From a virus (lineage: Duplodnaviria > Caudoviricetes), in the IMG/VR virus record IMGVR_UViG_3300042292_000140, positions 1 to 53,253 of that record: a DNA stretch of 53,253 nt. The stretch is one strand, 5' to 3'. The position numbers and the translations under genes are program-made. The notes under the pieces are model-generated. The model was not told where the DNA came from, did no database searches, and saw only the letters and a program-made list of their open reading frames with translations. Shown here in pieces: positions 1-7,560 of the stretch. Each line of letters starts with the position of its first letter. The first letter of the stretch is position 1.

Positions 1-2
1 AG

Positions 3-356
3 TTTTGCCACAAAACAAAAATAACCAAACACGTTAACTGCCGAACCTGTGCGCATTCAACTGCGATGGATGACAGCACTTGGCGATGTGAACGCCATGA
101 CGCGGATGCTATACCAGTAGAATTTCAGCAAGTTGGCTGTGACGCGCATGTGTTACATCCAGACCTTGTACCTTATCAACGCAAAGATTCACCAGACGGT
201 AATCATGCGGTTTATGTAATTGATGGTGTAGACGTGATCAATGGTGAAAATGGTTATAAGTCATCAGAGATAGTGGCAAACCCACAAGCGTGCATTAGTA
301 ACGATACTTTTATTGCTGATCTTAGAAATATATTTGACGGGAAGATAGTAGGATGA
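3..356 (+). CDS. C-terminal part of a Cas4-like/PD-(D/E)XK phage exonuclease (5' truncated by the window)
   Basis: Frame is open from base 3 (FCHKTKITKHVNCRTCAHSTAMDDSTWRCERH...GCDAHVLHPDLVP). The Cys-rich tail and the position directly before an SF2 helicase are typical of this family. Confidence 0.65.
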   Translation, partial: FCHKTKITKHVNCRTCAHSTAMDDSTWRCERHDADAIPVEFQQVGCDAHVLHPDLVPYQRKDSPDGNHAVYVIDGVDVINGENGYKSSEIVANPQACISNDTFIADLRNIFDGKIVG

Positions 357-1951
357 AACTCAGAGATTACCAACAACGATCTATAGATGAACTGTACAAC
401 TGGTTTAATGCTGGTCATAAAGGAAATCCTTGCATGGTGCTACCAACAGGATCCGGAAAAAGTCATATTGTTGCCGCACTTTGCAAAGATGCACTTCAAC
501 AATGGCCAGAAACTAAAGTGTTAATGCTCACGCACGTTAAAGAATTGATTGCACAAAATGCTGAAAAAATGCGAGAGCATTGGCAAAATGCACCACTTGG
601 TATTTATTCATCAAGTTTAAGAAAAAAACAACTTGGCGAACCAATTACATTTGCTGGCATTCAATCTGTTCGAGATAAAGCGCACCAACTTGGACATATT
701 GATTTAGTCATCATTGATGAGTGTCATTTGGTGTCGCATAAAAATGAGGGCGGTTATCGTAATTTATTATCAGATTTGAGTGTAATCAATCCACAATTGC
801 GTGTGATTGGATTGACTGCAACGCCATATCGTTTGAATCACGGTTTGATTACAGACAAGCCAGCGTTGTTTGATGACATGTTGATGCCAGTCACCATTGA
901 GTATTTAATCAGCAAAGGATTTTTATGCACTTTAAGATCCAAAGTGACAAAAACAAAACTTGATACCAGTGAAGTGCATAAGCGTGGTGGTGAATTTATT
1001 GAGTCAGAATTGCAAGCTGCTGTTGATACTGATGATAAAAATAAAGACGTTGTGAGTGAAGTGATTAGGCTTGCTGGCGATAGAAAAGCCTGGTTGTTTT
1101 TTTGTTCTGGTATTGATCATGCCGAGCATGTAAAAGATATGCTAATCAGTAAAGGCATCACAGCAGAATGCGTGACTGGTAAAACGCCACAAGCGCAACG
1201 CGATAGAATTATTGCTGATTACAAATCCGGTAAAATTAAAGCGTTAACCAACGCCAATGTGTTGACAACCGGGTTTGATTATCCAGATATTGACTTGATT
1301 GCAATGCTTCGCCCAACGATGTCTGCTAGTCTTTATGTTCAGATGGCTGGACGTGGTATGCGTCCAAAGTCACACACAGATCATTGTTTAGTGCTAGATT
1401 TTGCTGGCGTGGTTGAAACGCATGGACCTATTACAAATGTAAAACCGCCCAATAAAAAAGAAGAAGGTAAAGGAGAAGCACCCGTTAAAGCATGCGATGA
1501 GTGTGCTGAATTAGTTGCTATATCAACTAAAGTTTGTCCAGCGTGCGGCTATAAATTTCCAGAGCCAGAAGAAGCATCATTGTCATTAAAACTTAGAAAC
1601 GATGACATTATGGGTATTGAAGGCTCAGAAATGGAAGTGACAAGCTGGAATTGGCGAAAGCATACATCTAAGGCATCTGGAAAAGAGATGCTTGCTGTGA
1701 CCTATTACGGTGCTTTATCTGATATACCAGTTACAGAGTATTTGTGTATAACTCATGAAGGTTATGCGGGAAGCAAAGCGTATGATTTATTGTTTCATAT
1801 AGCTAATAAAAGCAATTGTGAAAACATTTATAGTTGTAATGAAGTGATGGATTTTTCAAATGTATTAAATGCAGCTAATCCACCATCAATAATAGAGTAC
1901 ACCAAAGATGGTAAATTTTATCGCGTAATAAATCGGAGTTGGGATGTATAA
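353..1951 (+). CDS. SF2 DEAD/DEAH-box helicase (RadD/YejH-like) with C-terminal Zn finger
   Basis: Q-motif LRDYQ, Walker A PTGSGKS, DECH, TAT, QMAGRGMR, and CDEC...CPAC. Confidence 0.93.
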   Translation: MKLRDYQQRSIDELYNWFNAGHKGNPCMVLPTGSGKSHIVAALCKDALQQWPETKVLMLTHVKELIAQNAEKMREHWQNAPLGIYSSSLRKKQLGEPITFAGIQSVRDKAHQLGHIDLVIIDECHLVSHKNEGGYRNLLSDLSVINPQLRVIGLTATPYRLNHGLITDKPALFDDMLMPVTIEYLISKGFLCTLRSKVTKTKLDTSEVHKRGGEFIESELQAAVDTDDKNKDVVSEVIRLAGDRKAWLFFCSGIDHAEHVKDMLISKGITAECVTGKTPQAQRDRIIADYKSGKIKALTNANVLTTGFDYPDIDLIAMLRPTMSASLYVQMAGRGMRPKSHTDHCLVLDFAGVVETHGPITNVKPPNKKEEGKGEAPVKACDECAELVAISTKVCPACGYKFPEPEEASLSLKLRNDDIMGIEGSEMEVTSWNWRKHTSKASGKEMLAVTYYGALSDIPVTEYLCITHEGYAGSKAYDLLFHIANKSNCENIYSCNEVMDFSNVLNAANPPSIIEYTKDGKFYRVINRSWDV

Positions 1952-2135
1952 AGAACCAGATTTTCTAGTTGAATATAAAAGATTGAAGGCATTGCCACCA
2001 CCAAAGTGCTGTCATACCTGTGACTTTTACACTAAAAAAACGATGTTTTGCTCAAAATATAATATGAATCCGCCAGAGGATTTTGTGAATACGCAAGACA
2101 ATTGCCCTAACTACATTGAGGAGTTGCCATTCTAA
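1944..2135 (+). CDS. Small Cys-rich hypothetical protein
   Basis: CCHTC...C...C; overlaps both neighbours, suggesting translational coupling. Confidence 0.7.
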   Translation: MYKEPDFLVEYKRLKALPPPKCCHTCDFYTKKTMFCSKYNMNPPEDFVNTQDNCPNYIEELPF

Positions 2136-2488
2136 TGGCTACCATTAAAGAAAAAATACCGTCTGAGCATTACGAACAAGCATTGCTTGTACAGTGGGTT
2201 AGACGCACATACCCTGGCGTTCTTATTCATTCAATTCCAAATGGCGGCCATCGTAGCAAATCAGCGGCTGCTGCATTGAAAGTAGAAGGAACAGTGGCAG
2301 GAATACCAGACTTGTTTATTCCTGCATGGAAACTTTGGGTGGAAATGAAACGCACCAAGGGCGGTGTTGTCAGTCCAGATCAAAAAAATATTATTGCGTA
2401 TCTTGAAAGCGTAGGCTACCAAGTCATTGTTGGTAAAGGTTTTTTACATGCTAAGGAACAAATAGAACAATTTATTGTAAAAAATTAA
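2135..2488 (+). CDS. VRR-NUC domain nuclease
   Basis: SEHYEQ, IPNGG, GIPDLFI, WVEMKR (PD-ExK), SPDQK...GY motifs. Confidence 0.88.
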   Translation: MATIKEKIPSEHYEQALLVQWVRRTYPGVLIHSIPNGGHRSKSAAAALKVEGTVAGIPDLFIPAWKLWVEMKRTKGGVVSPDQKNIIAYLESVGYQVIVGKGFLHAKEQIEQFIVKN

Positions 2489-2498
2489 CATTTTAATG

Positions 2499-2526
2499 TT
2501 TACTTCGTGAACAGGTATGCTATTAT
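2499..2526 (+). promoter_or_regulatory. Putative sigma70-like promoter
   Basis: TTTACT-16nt-TATTAT with TG in the extended -10 position, preceded by the palindrome AACATTTTAATGTT. Confidence 0.4.
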
Positions 2527-2584
2527 TTAACCACGCTTTCAAGAAGGCGAAACAATAATAAAATTAATTTTGGAGTAAATAATT

Positions 2585-2890
2585 ATGTACGAAACAGTTA
2601 CATTCCAAATTGTCACGCATGACAATTATGAATTGACCGCTGAGGTCAAAGTGTTAATTACTGGTAGCTTTAGAGAAGCTACATTTCATCACGAAGCTGA
2701 GGATGAAAGAGAAATTGACATTGAAAATATTGCCATCTTTGATAAAGATGGTGATCCAGTTAATAAACCATCAGAAAGATTGCTCGACATTGTTGCAGAG
2801 CATATCGACGACAATTTTATTGAGATTTATCGTAATGCTACCACCATTGATAATTTCCACTCAGATTACAAATTGCGTGATCTGATTTAA
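2585..2890 (+). CDS. Acidic hypothetical protein
   Basis: ORF with GGAG Shine-Dalgarno upstream. Confidence 0.7.
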   Translation: MYETVTFQIVTHDNYELTAEVKVLITGSFREATFHHEAEDEREIDIENIAIFDKDGDPVNKPSERLLDIVAEHIDDNFIEIYRNATTIDNFHSDYKLRDLI

Positions 2891-2907
2891 CAAATACTCC
2901 TACTCTA

Positions 2908-2932
2908 GCCGCTAAGCCAAGTGGCATTTTTT
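2908..2932 (+). terminator. Possible intrinsic terminator
   Basis: GCCGCT-AAGCCA-AGTGGC hairpin followed by A and T6. Confidence 0.4.
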
Positions 2933-2948
2933 AATACAAAGGTGATTT

Positions 2949-3101
2949 ATGATTGAATTTTTAAAGATGTTAGACGAAACAGGCATTGCTTATGTGGTGT
3001 TTATTTTAACCGCTGTTTATTTTTGGACAAAAAGCAATAAAGCAACAACTGAGCTTTACACAATTAAACGCGAATTATTAAAATTAAAGGCGGTTTTATG
3101 A
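2949..3101 (+). CDS. 50-aa single-TM hypothetical protein (not in ORF track)
   Basis: MIEFLKMLDETGIAYVVFILTAVYFWTKS...; AGGTG SD; ATGA overlap with the next gene. Confidence 0.6.
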   Translation: MIEFLKMLDETGIAYVVFILTAVYFWTKSNKATTELYTIKRELLKLKAVL

Positions 3102-3346
3102 GCGCATCTTTAGTTTTAACATTATCATTTTTAACAGTCGATACCACAATCGACAAAAAAGGCCATACAACACGTCACGAAACGATTGCCTATACAACAA
3201 CGGCAATACCTTACGATAGCCGCCAGGCATGTGCTAATGCGCAACAGGAATGGCAGTTTGCTGTTGGTGCTTACCAAATGTCAAAACGCCCAACTCGGAT
3301 TATTACGGCTGTCTGCAATGACAGCGCAACGGGAGTGGTAGAATGA
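3098..3346 (+). CDS. Hypothetical protein with hydrophobic N-terminus and two Cys
   Basis: ATGA overlaps at both ends; YDSRQACANA...TAVC. Confidence 0.65.
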   Translation: MSASLVLTLSFLTVDTTIDKKGHTTRHETIAYTTTAIPYDSRQACANAQQEWQFAVGAYQMSKRPTRIITAVCNDSATGVVE

Positions 3347-3768
3347 GCTTATTGACTGAAAAACAAATTGACTAAATTATCGACATGGCAACTCATCAGG
3401 ATGAGTTTGCCAGAATTCTGAAGTTAAAATTTGATAACTGGAATGAAAATCAACCAGATCAATTTGAACCCAACTGGGATGAAATACCGGAAGAAGTGGT
3501 TGAAGTTCAAATGAAAATAGACTGGTTGAGACCAGACACCGGAGATTATTACGAAGAACCGTTCTTTATTAAAATTTATAAACGCCCGTTACGCGCTCAT
3601 ACTCATGCGCAAATCATGATGAAATACGCTGAGGTTGCGGCTCGGAGGATTGATCCTTGGACGGAGTTTGAAGTCTTTATGATTGATGATCAAGAATGGG
3701 TTTCTAATAACGGTCCTTTGTATTTTATTGACAACTGTCAATATCGCCATATTGGGGAAACAAAATGA
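3343..3768 (+). pseudogene. Hypothetical gene with in-frame TAA at 3373-3375 (or a shorter gene from ATG 3385)
   Basis: ATG 3343 has a GGAG SD and an ATGA overlap and is in frame with 3385..3768: MSLLTEKQID*IIDMATHQ... Confidence 0.5.
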
Positions 3769-3965
3769 AAAACGATTTAATTTGGGTGGCTATTTGTTCA
3801 TTTGCAATTGGTGCATTGCTTTGCTTTATTACAATAGCAGCAACACACAGACATCATTATGAAATCATTAAAACAAATATTGGCGAGTTTGTTTTAAGAG
3901 ACAGCAAACTATACGGGGTGTATGAGCTAAGTCGGGATAATCAAGGGAACATGGTAGCAAGATGA
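3765..3965 (+). CDS. Small membrane protein
   Basis: N-terminal hydrophobic stretch; ATGA overlaps. Confidence 0.65.
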   Translation: MKNDLIWVAICSFAIGALLCFITIAATHRHHYEIIKTNIGEFVLRDSKLYGVYELSRDNQGNMVAR

Positions 3966-4120
3966 AACAGATTGCATTAGAAGAACACCTGATTAACAGG
4001 CTTAACGATCTTAAAGAAGAACGTAAAAGCCTGAAGCGTCAAAAACTGCGCAGCATTAAAGAAACCATTGATATTCAATTTATATTGGCAAAATTTAGAG
4101 AGGAACGTAAACATGGCTGA
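3962..4120 (+). CDS. 52-aa coiled-coil hypothetical protein (not in ORF track)
   Basis: MKQIALEEHLINRLNDLKEERKSLKRQK...; ATGA overlap. Confidence 0.55.
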   Translation: MKQIALEEHLINRLNDLKEERKSLKRQKLRSIKETIDIQFILAKFREERKHG

Positions 4121-4190
4121 ATTAATTTTTTGGACAGGCATTTTTGTTTTGATAGTTTGTTTTATGGTGGAGTACGCGCGTGGAGATTGA
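4113..4190 (+). CDS. 25-aa single-TM micropeptide
   Basis: MAELIFWTGIFVLIVCFMVEYARGD; GAGG SD; overlaps both neighbours. Confidence 0.45.
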   Translation: MAELIFWTGIFVLIVCFMVEYARGD

Positions 4191-4257
4191 CGACATTGCA
4201 GCATTAATATTCTATGTGTTAGCACTCATATTAGCGGGGATATGGCTATGGCATTAA
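4180..4257 (+). CDS. 25-aa single-TM micropeptide (GTG start)
   Basis: MEIDDIAALIFYVLALILAGIWLWH; GGAG upstream; fills the gap in a coupled gene chain. Confidence 0.4.
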   Translation: MEIDDIAALIFYVLALILAGIWLWH

Positions 4258-4409
4258 TTAAGCCAGTTGAGAAAGTAACACCAACGCCAAACGCAACAAA
4301 CTGCCAGCATAAAACATGGCGGCAATATGTCAGCAGAGGAATTAGGGAGTGTGATTCGTGCCATGAAATACGCCCTATTTTTGATTTAAAAATTGAACAT
4401 CAAAGGTAA
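4248..4409 (+). CDS. 53-aa putative Zn-binding protein
   Basis: MALIKPVEK...NCQH...ECDSCHE; GGGG SD. Confidence 0.5.
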   Translation: MALIKPVEKVTPTPNATNCQHKTWRQYVSRGIRECDSCHEIRPIFDLKIEHQR

Positions 4410-4413
4410 TAGC

Positions 4414-5055
4414 ATGGTGCAACCAATAAAAAGAGATTTAAAAGTATCGCTTAAAGAGTTGGAAAGTATAAAAGAAAATATTATTTACTGTGGTGGAACA
4501 GGAACATTTTACCGAAAAAGAACGCCTGACAAACCGTTGTCTTTTAACTACGCAAATCGGCAAGCCACTATTTGCGTTAAAAAAGAAAACAGTAAAAAAT
4601 ACTTTACCGCATGGCGCATGGCTGTTTTCTTTTCACATGGTTATTATCCAAGTTTTGAGGATGCTGTTATTTTTAAAGATGGCGATAATTATAATTTTAG
4701 AATTAATAACATTATTGTTTGCCATCCAAACGAGGATGAACAGACTGTTTTAGACTTTGCTACTGAGCATAATTTATCACCACAAACGGTTAATTATCGC
4801 ATGAGAAATGCAATACGATTTGAGCGCATTGTAAAAAACTGGAGAGTGTTTTTTTATGATAAAAAAGAGTTTACGAAATACTGCGGTGACATGATTGGTA
4901 GAAGGTTGGTTGTTGATGATGAAGGAATCGAGCATATACAAATTAAGCGCATTAATTTATCAGAAAGCCAGCGCGGAAATAAAACCGCACGGGAATTTTT
5001 AAAAACGTGGATTGGCGACATGCCTACACAATGGGAGATGACATTATGCAGATAA
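4414..5055 (+). CDS. Degenerate HNH-endonuclease-like domain plus HTH-like domain
   Basis: AWRMA...GYYP...VIFKDGDNYNFRINNI resembles the HNH_3 pattern; FATEHNLSPQTVNYRM is HTH-like. ATG 4414 is preferred over TTG 4393. Confidence 0.55.
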   Translation: MVQPIKRDLKVSLKELESIKENIIYCGGTGTFYRKRTPDKPLSFNYANRQATICVKKENSKKYFTAWRMAVFFSHGYYPSFEDAVIFKDGDNYNFRINNIIVCHPNEDEQTVLDFATEHNLSPQTVNYRMRNAIRFERIVKNWRVFFYDKKEFTKYCGDMIGRRLVVDDEGIEHIQIKRINLSESQRGNKTAREFLKTWIGDMPTQWEMTLCR

Positions 5056-5480
5056 AAAAAGTAAGACCAATCGCGGTTATTCCGCAATTTCAAACCGAAG
5101 GCGCAGCCGCTATTGATTTATGCGCTTGTATTGAAGAAACCATGCTTTTAACACCAGAAACGCCCGTGCTAATTCCTACAGGCATTGCAATACATATTGC
5201 TGATAAGTCTGTTGTTGGTTTGATTGTACCACGCAGTGGGTTAGGGTTTAATTATGGCGTTGGTTTGATGAACACGGTTGGCGTAATTGACAGTGATTAT
5301 CAAGGCGAAATTATGGTTAAGTTGCGCATGACACATGGTGATAGTTATCGAATCCAACCTAACGAGCGCATTGCTCAAATGTTTTTTGTGCCTGTATTGC
5401 GTCCGATATTTGAAGAAGTTGAAGAATTTAGCGCAGTGACTGAGCGCGGTGTTGGTGGATTTGGGAGTACAGGGAAATGA
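5046..5480 (+). CDS. dut: Trimeric dUTPase
   Basis: Motifs AAIDL, PRSGLG, GVIDSDYQGEI, RIAQ, RGVGGFGSTG. Likely start ATG 5046. Confidence 0.96.
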   Translation: MQIKKVRPIAVIPQFQTEGAAAIDLCACIEETMLLTPETPVLIPTGIAIHIADKSVVGLIVPRSGLGFNYGVGLMNTVGVIDSDYQGEIMVKLRMTHGDSYRIQPNERIAQMFFVPVLRPIFEEVEEFSAVTERGVGGFGSTGK

Positions 5481-5677
5481 TTAGTACAACAGCTTATATT
5501 TTAATTATCGCTGTCACAACTCACGGTGAGCTTACACAATCAACAATTGAATTTGCGGATAAGGCTTCGTGTGAAAGCGCGGCAGTTAAACAGGATTTTG
5601 CATTTAAAAATTTGCAGTTTGCAGGTAGATGGAACTTAACCTGTCATCCTTATCAGCTTACTGGAGAGAAGAAATGA
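5477..5677 (+). CDS. Hypothetical protein with hydrophobic N-terminus and two Cys
   Basis: EFADKASCESAA...LTC; ATGA overlaps. Confidence 0.65.
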   Translation: MISTTAYILIIAVTTHGELTQSTIEFADKASCESAAVKQDFAFKNLQFAGRWNLTCHPYQLTGEKK

Positions 5678-5726
5678 AACAATGCACAAAGTGTTTAGAA
5701 ACGCGCAATGAGTTTGAGAATTTTTA

Positions 5727-5885
5727 ATGAAAGATTGGCTTTCAAAAGATCATCCCGAAGAAACTATTTTAGTCATTACTAAAGGACGATGCGCTGAGTA
5801 TATGGAATTGCTAAAATGGCTTGCTGATAATCCAATGGATCCTATCAGCGTAAGCAATCTAGTATTAAGCAGGCGAGAGAGATGA
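5727..5885 (+). CDS. 52-aa hypothetical protein (not in ORF track)
   Basis: MKDWLSKDHPEETILVITKGRC...; TAATG and ATGA overlaps. Confidence 0.45.
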   Translation: MKDWLSKDHPEETILVITKGRCAEYMELLKWLADNPMDPISVSNLVLSRRER

Positions 5886-6007
5886 AACCAAAAATTAAAA
5901 AGGTAGGCAATTATTGGTTTTGCTATACCGATTTTTCAAGAGTTGCTTCTGGCATTACACCAGAGGCAGCCTATAACAAATGGATGGAATTAAATTATTA
6001 TGATTAG
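5882..6007 (+). CDS. 41-aa phage protein (not in ORF track)
   Basis: MKPKIKKVGNYWFC...SGITPEAAYNKW; overlaps the start of the glycosyltransferase gene. Confidence 0.55.
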   Translation: MKPKIKKVGNYWFCYTDFSRVASGITPEAAYNKWMELNYYD

Positions 6008-7529
6008 ACCAATTTTTTTTGTTAATGTTGATATTGGCAAAGGTTTGGCAGGAATTGAATCATCTGCCATGCTTAGATCAGTTATGTTTAATGATTATTT
6101 AAACATAAATGCAATTTATTTAACCAATTATTATAATTCTCAACTTCATAAAAACAAAAAGCAATATCAAAATTCTGGACGCATGAGTTCGTCAATGAAA
6201 GTGTTTAACATGTATGATTTCTTTCAAGAAATTACTCATATTGAATATGAAGGTAAAAAAGTTTTGCCAGAAATTTTAGCAGCGCATAGAAAAGTAGCTG
6301 TGTCAGACTCTAAAGACATGCGGTTTTTTACAAAAGACGGAGATTTTTATGCGTATTGTAAGTGCAATGATGATGGTGCTATTGAACATGTAAATTATTT
6401 TGAAGATAATCAAATTGTTCGACGTGAAGTTTTTGACTGTCGTGGTTTTTTAAGTCGATCTGAATTGTTTTCATTTGCATCTGATGGATCAAAGATAACA
6501 AACGAAATTTATTATCGCCAGGATGGAACTGTTGCGCTTCACAAGCGTTGTTTAATTTCTGAATCTGATATTTCTATTCAGTCAATTTACTTGACGGATA
6601 AACATGGTCACATTATTACAAGATTTTTATCCGACGAAGACATGCTTGATTTTTGGGTTGATGCGCTTGTTAAAACGCATAGCAACGCTATTTTTATTGG
6701 TGATAGAAACAAAGAATATTATAACGCAATAAAAAAAGCAAATGGTGAAGACATTAAGATTATTCCAATTATTCATAGTGTTCATACTTGCGATGGTAAA
6801 AACATCATGGAAGCTGAAACGAATCATTTCTTTAGGCCAGTGTTAGATGATCCGGCAAATCAAGATGCTATCATTGTCTTTACAGATGAACAACGTCAAG
6901 ATATAGCTTCACGATATGGCAACGCTAATTATCACATTATTCCACACTCGCATTCTCCAGTAGAATATAACACGCCATTTGCAGAACGTAAGCGCATGAA
7001 GGTTGTCTACTTAGCTCGCTACTCATCTGAAAAAAATCACAAATATGCGTTAGAAATATTTAAAAAAGTGCTTGAAACCTTACCTGATGCAGAGCTTCAT
7101 TTATATGGATTTGGTGACGAAAAAGATTTCATTAACACTTTTGTTAAAGATAATAATTTATCAAACAATGTATTTGTTAATCCATTTGAATCAGATGTTA
7201 ACAAAATTTATCAAGAGTCAGTGTTGTCAATATTGACTAGCACATGTGAAGCATTTTGTTTGAGTGTCATGGAAAGTTTATTTAATGGATGCCCAGTTAT
7301 TGCACTCGATATTAAATACGGTCCGTCAGCAATGATACAAGACGGTAAAAGTGGGTTTTTAATTGAACACGATGATAATTTTGAGGATAACTTTGCAAAT
7401 AAAATAATTGAAGTTCTAGCCAATGATAAACTTAATGAGTCGCTTATTGATTATGCTGCAACATCAATGGACGCATACACGCATAGTGCTGTTGCACAAC
7501 GATGGCAAAAACTAATTAAATCATTTTAA
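6000..7529 (+). CDS. GT4 (GT-B) glycosyltransferase, SdgB/GtfA/TarM-like, with DUF1975-type beta insertion
   Basis: GLAGIES..LR..F, NMYDFFQE, FDCRGFLSRS, IHSVH, ARYSSEK, LHLYGFG, and EAFCLSVMES (EX7E)...PVIALDIKYGP. Confidence 0.9.
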   Translation: MIRPIFFVNVDIGKGLAGIESSAMLRSVMFNDYLNINAIYLTNYYNSQLHKNKKQYQNSGRMSSSMKVFNMYDFFQEITHIEYEGKKVLPEILAAHRKVAVSDSKDMRFFTKDGDFYAYCKCNDDGAIEHVNYFEDNQIVRREVFDCRGFLSRSELFSFASDGSKITNEIYYRQDGTVALHKRCLISESDISIQSIYLTDKHGHIITRFLSDEDMLDFWVDALVKTHSNAIFIGDRNKEYYNAIKKANGEDIKIIPIIHSVHTCDGKNIMEAETNHFFRPVLDDPANQDAIIVFTDEQRQDIASRYGNANYHIIPHSHSPVEYNTPFAERKRMKVVYLARYSSEKNHKYALEIFKKVLETLPDAELHLYGFGDEKDFINTFVKDNNLSNNVFVNPFESDVNKIYQESVLSILTSTCEAFCLSVMESLFNGCPVIALDIKYGPSAMIQDGKSGFLIEHDDNFEDNFANKIIEVLANDKLNESLIDYAATSMDAYTHSAVAQRWQKLIKSF

Positions 7530-7535
7530 ATAAAT

Positions 7536-7560
7536 AAGCCGCTTTTCAGCGGCTTTTTTT
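7536..7560. terminator. Intrinsic terminator between the convergent early and late arms (probably bidirectional)
   Basis: AAGCCGCT-TTTC-AGCGGCTT followed by a T run; A-rich on the other side. Confidence 0.85.

Noticed and set aside
3-356. Cas4-like fragment as evidence of a CRISPR-Cas system
   Set aside because: No other cas genes or array; stand-alone Cas4-like exonucleases are normal in phage recombination modules.
3373-3375. Alternative genetic code or stop-codon reassignment
   Set aside because: This is a single case. TAA, TGA and TAG all end conserved genes normally, and long genes are intact in code 11.
3977-4225. 82-aa minus-strand ORF
   Set aside because: The region is better explained by the coupled plus-strand micro-ORFs with SD sites.
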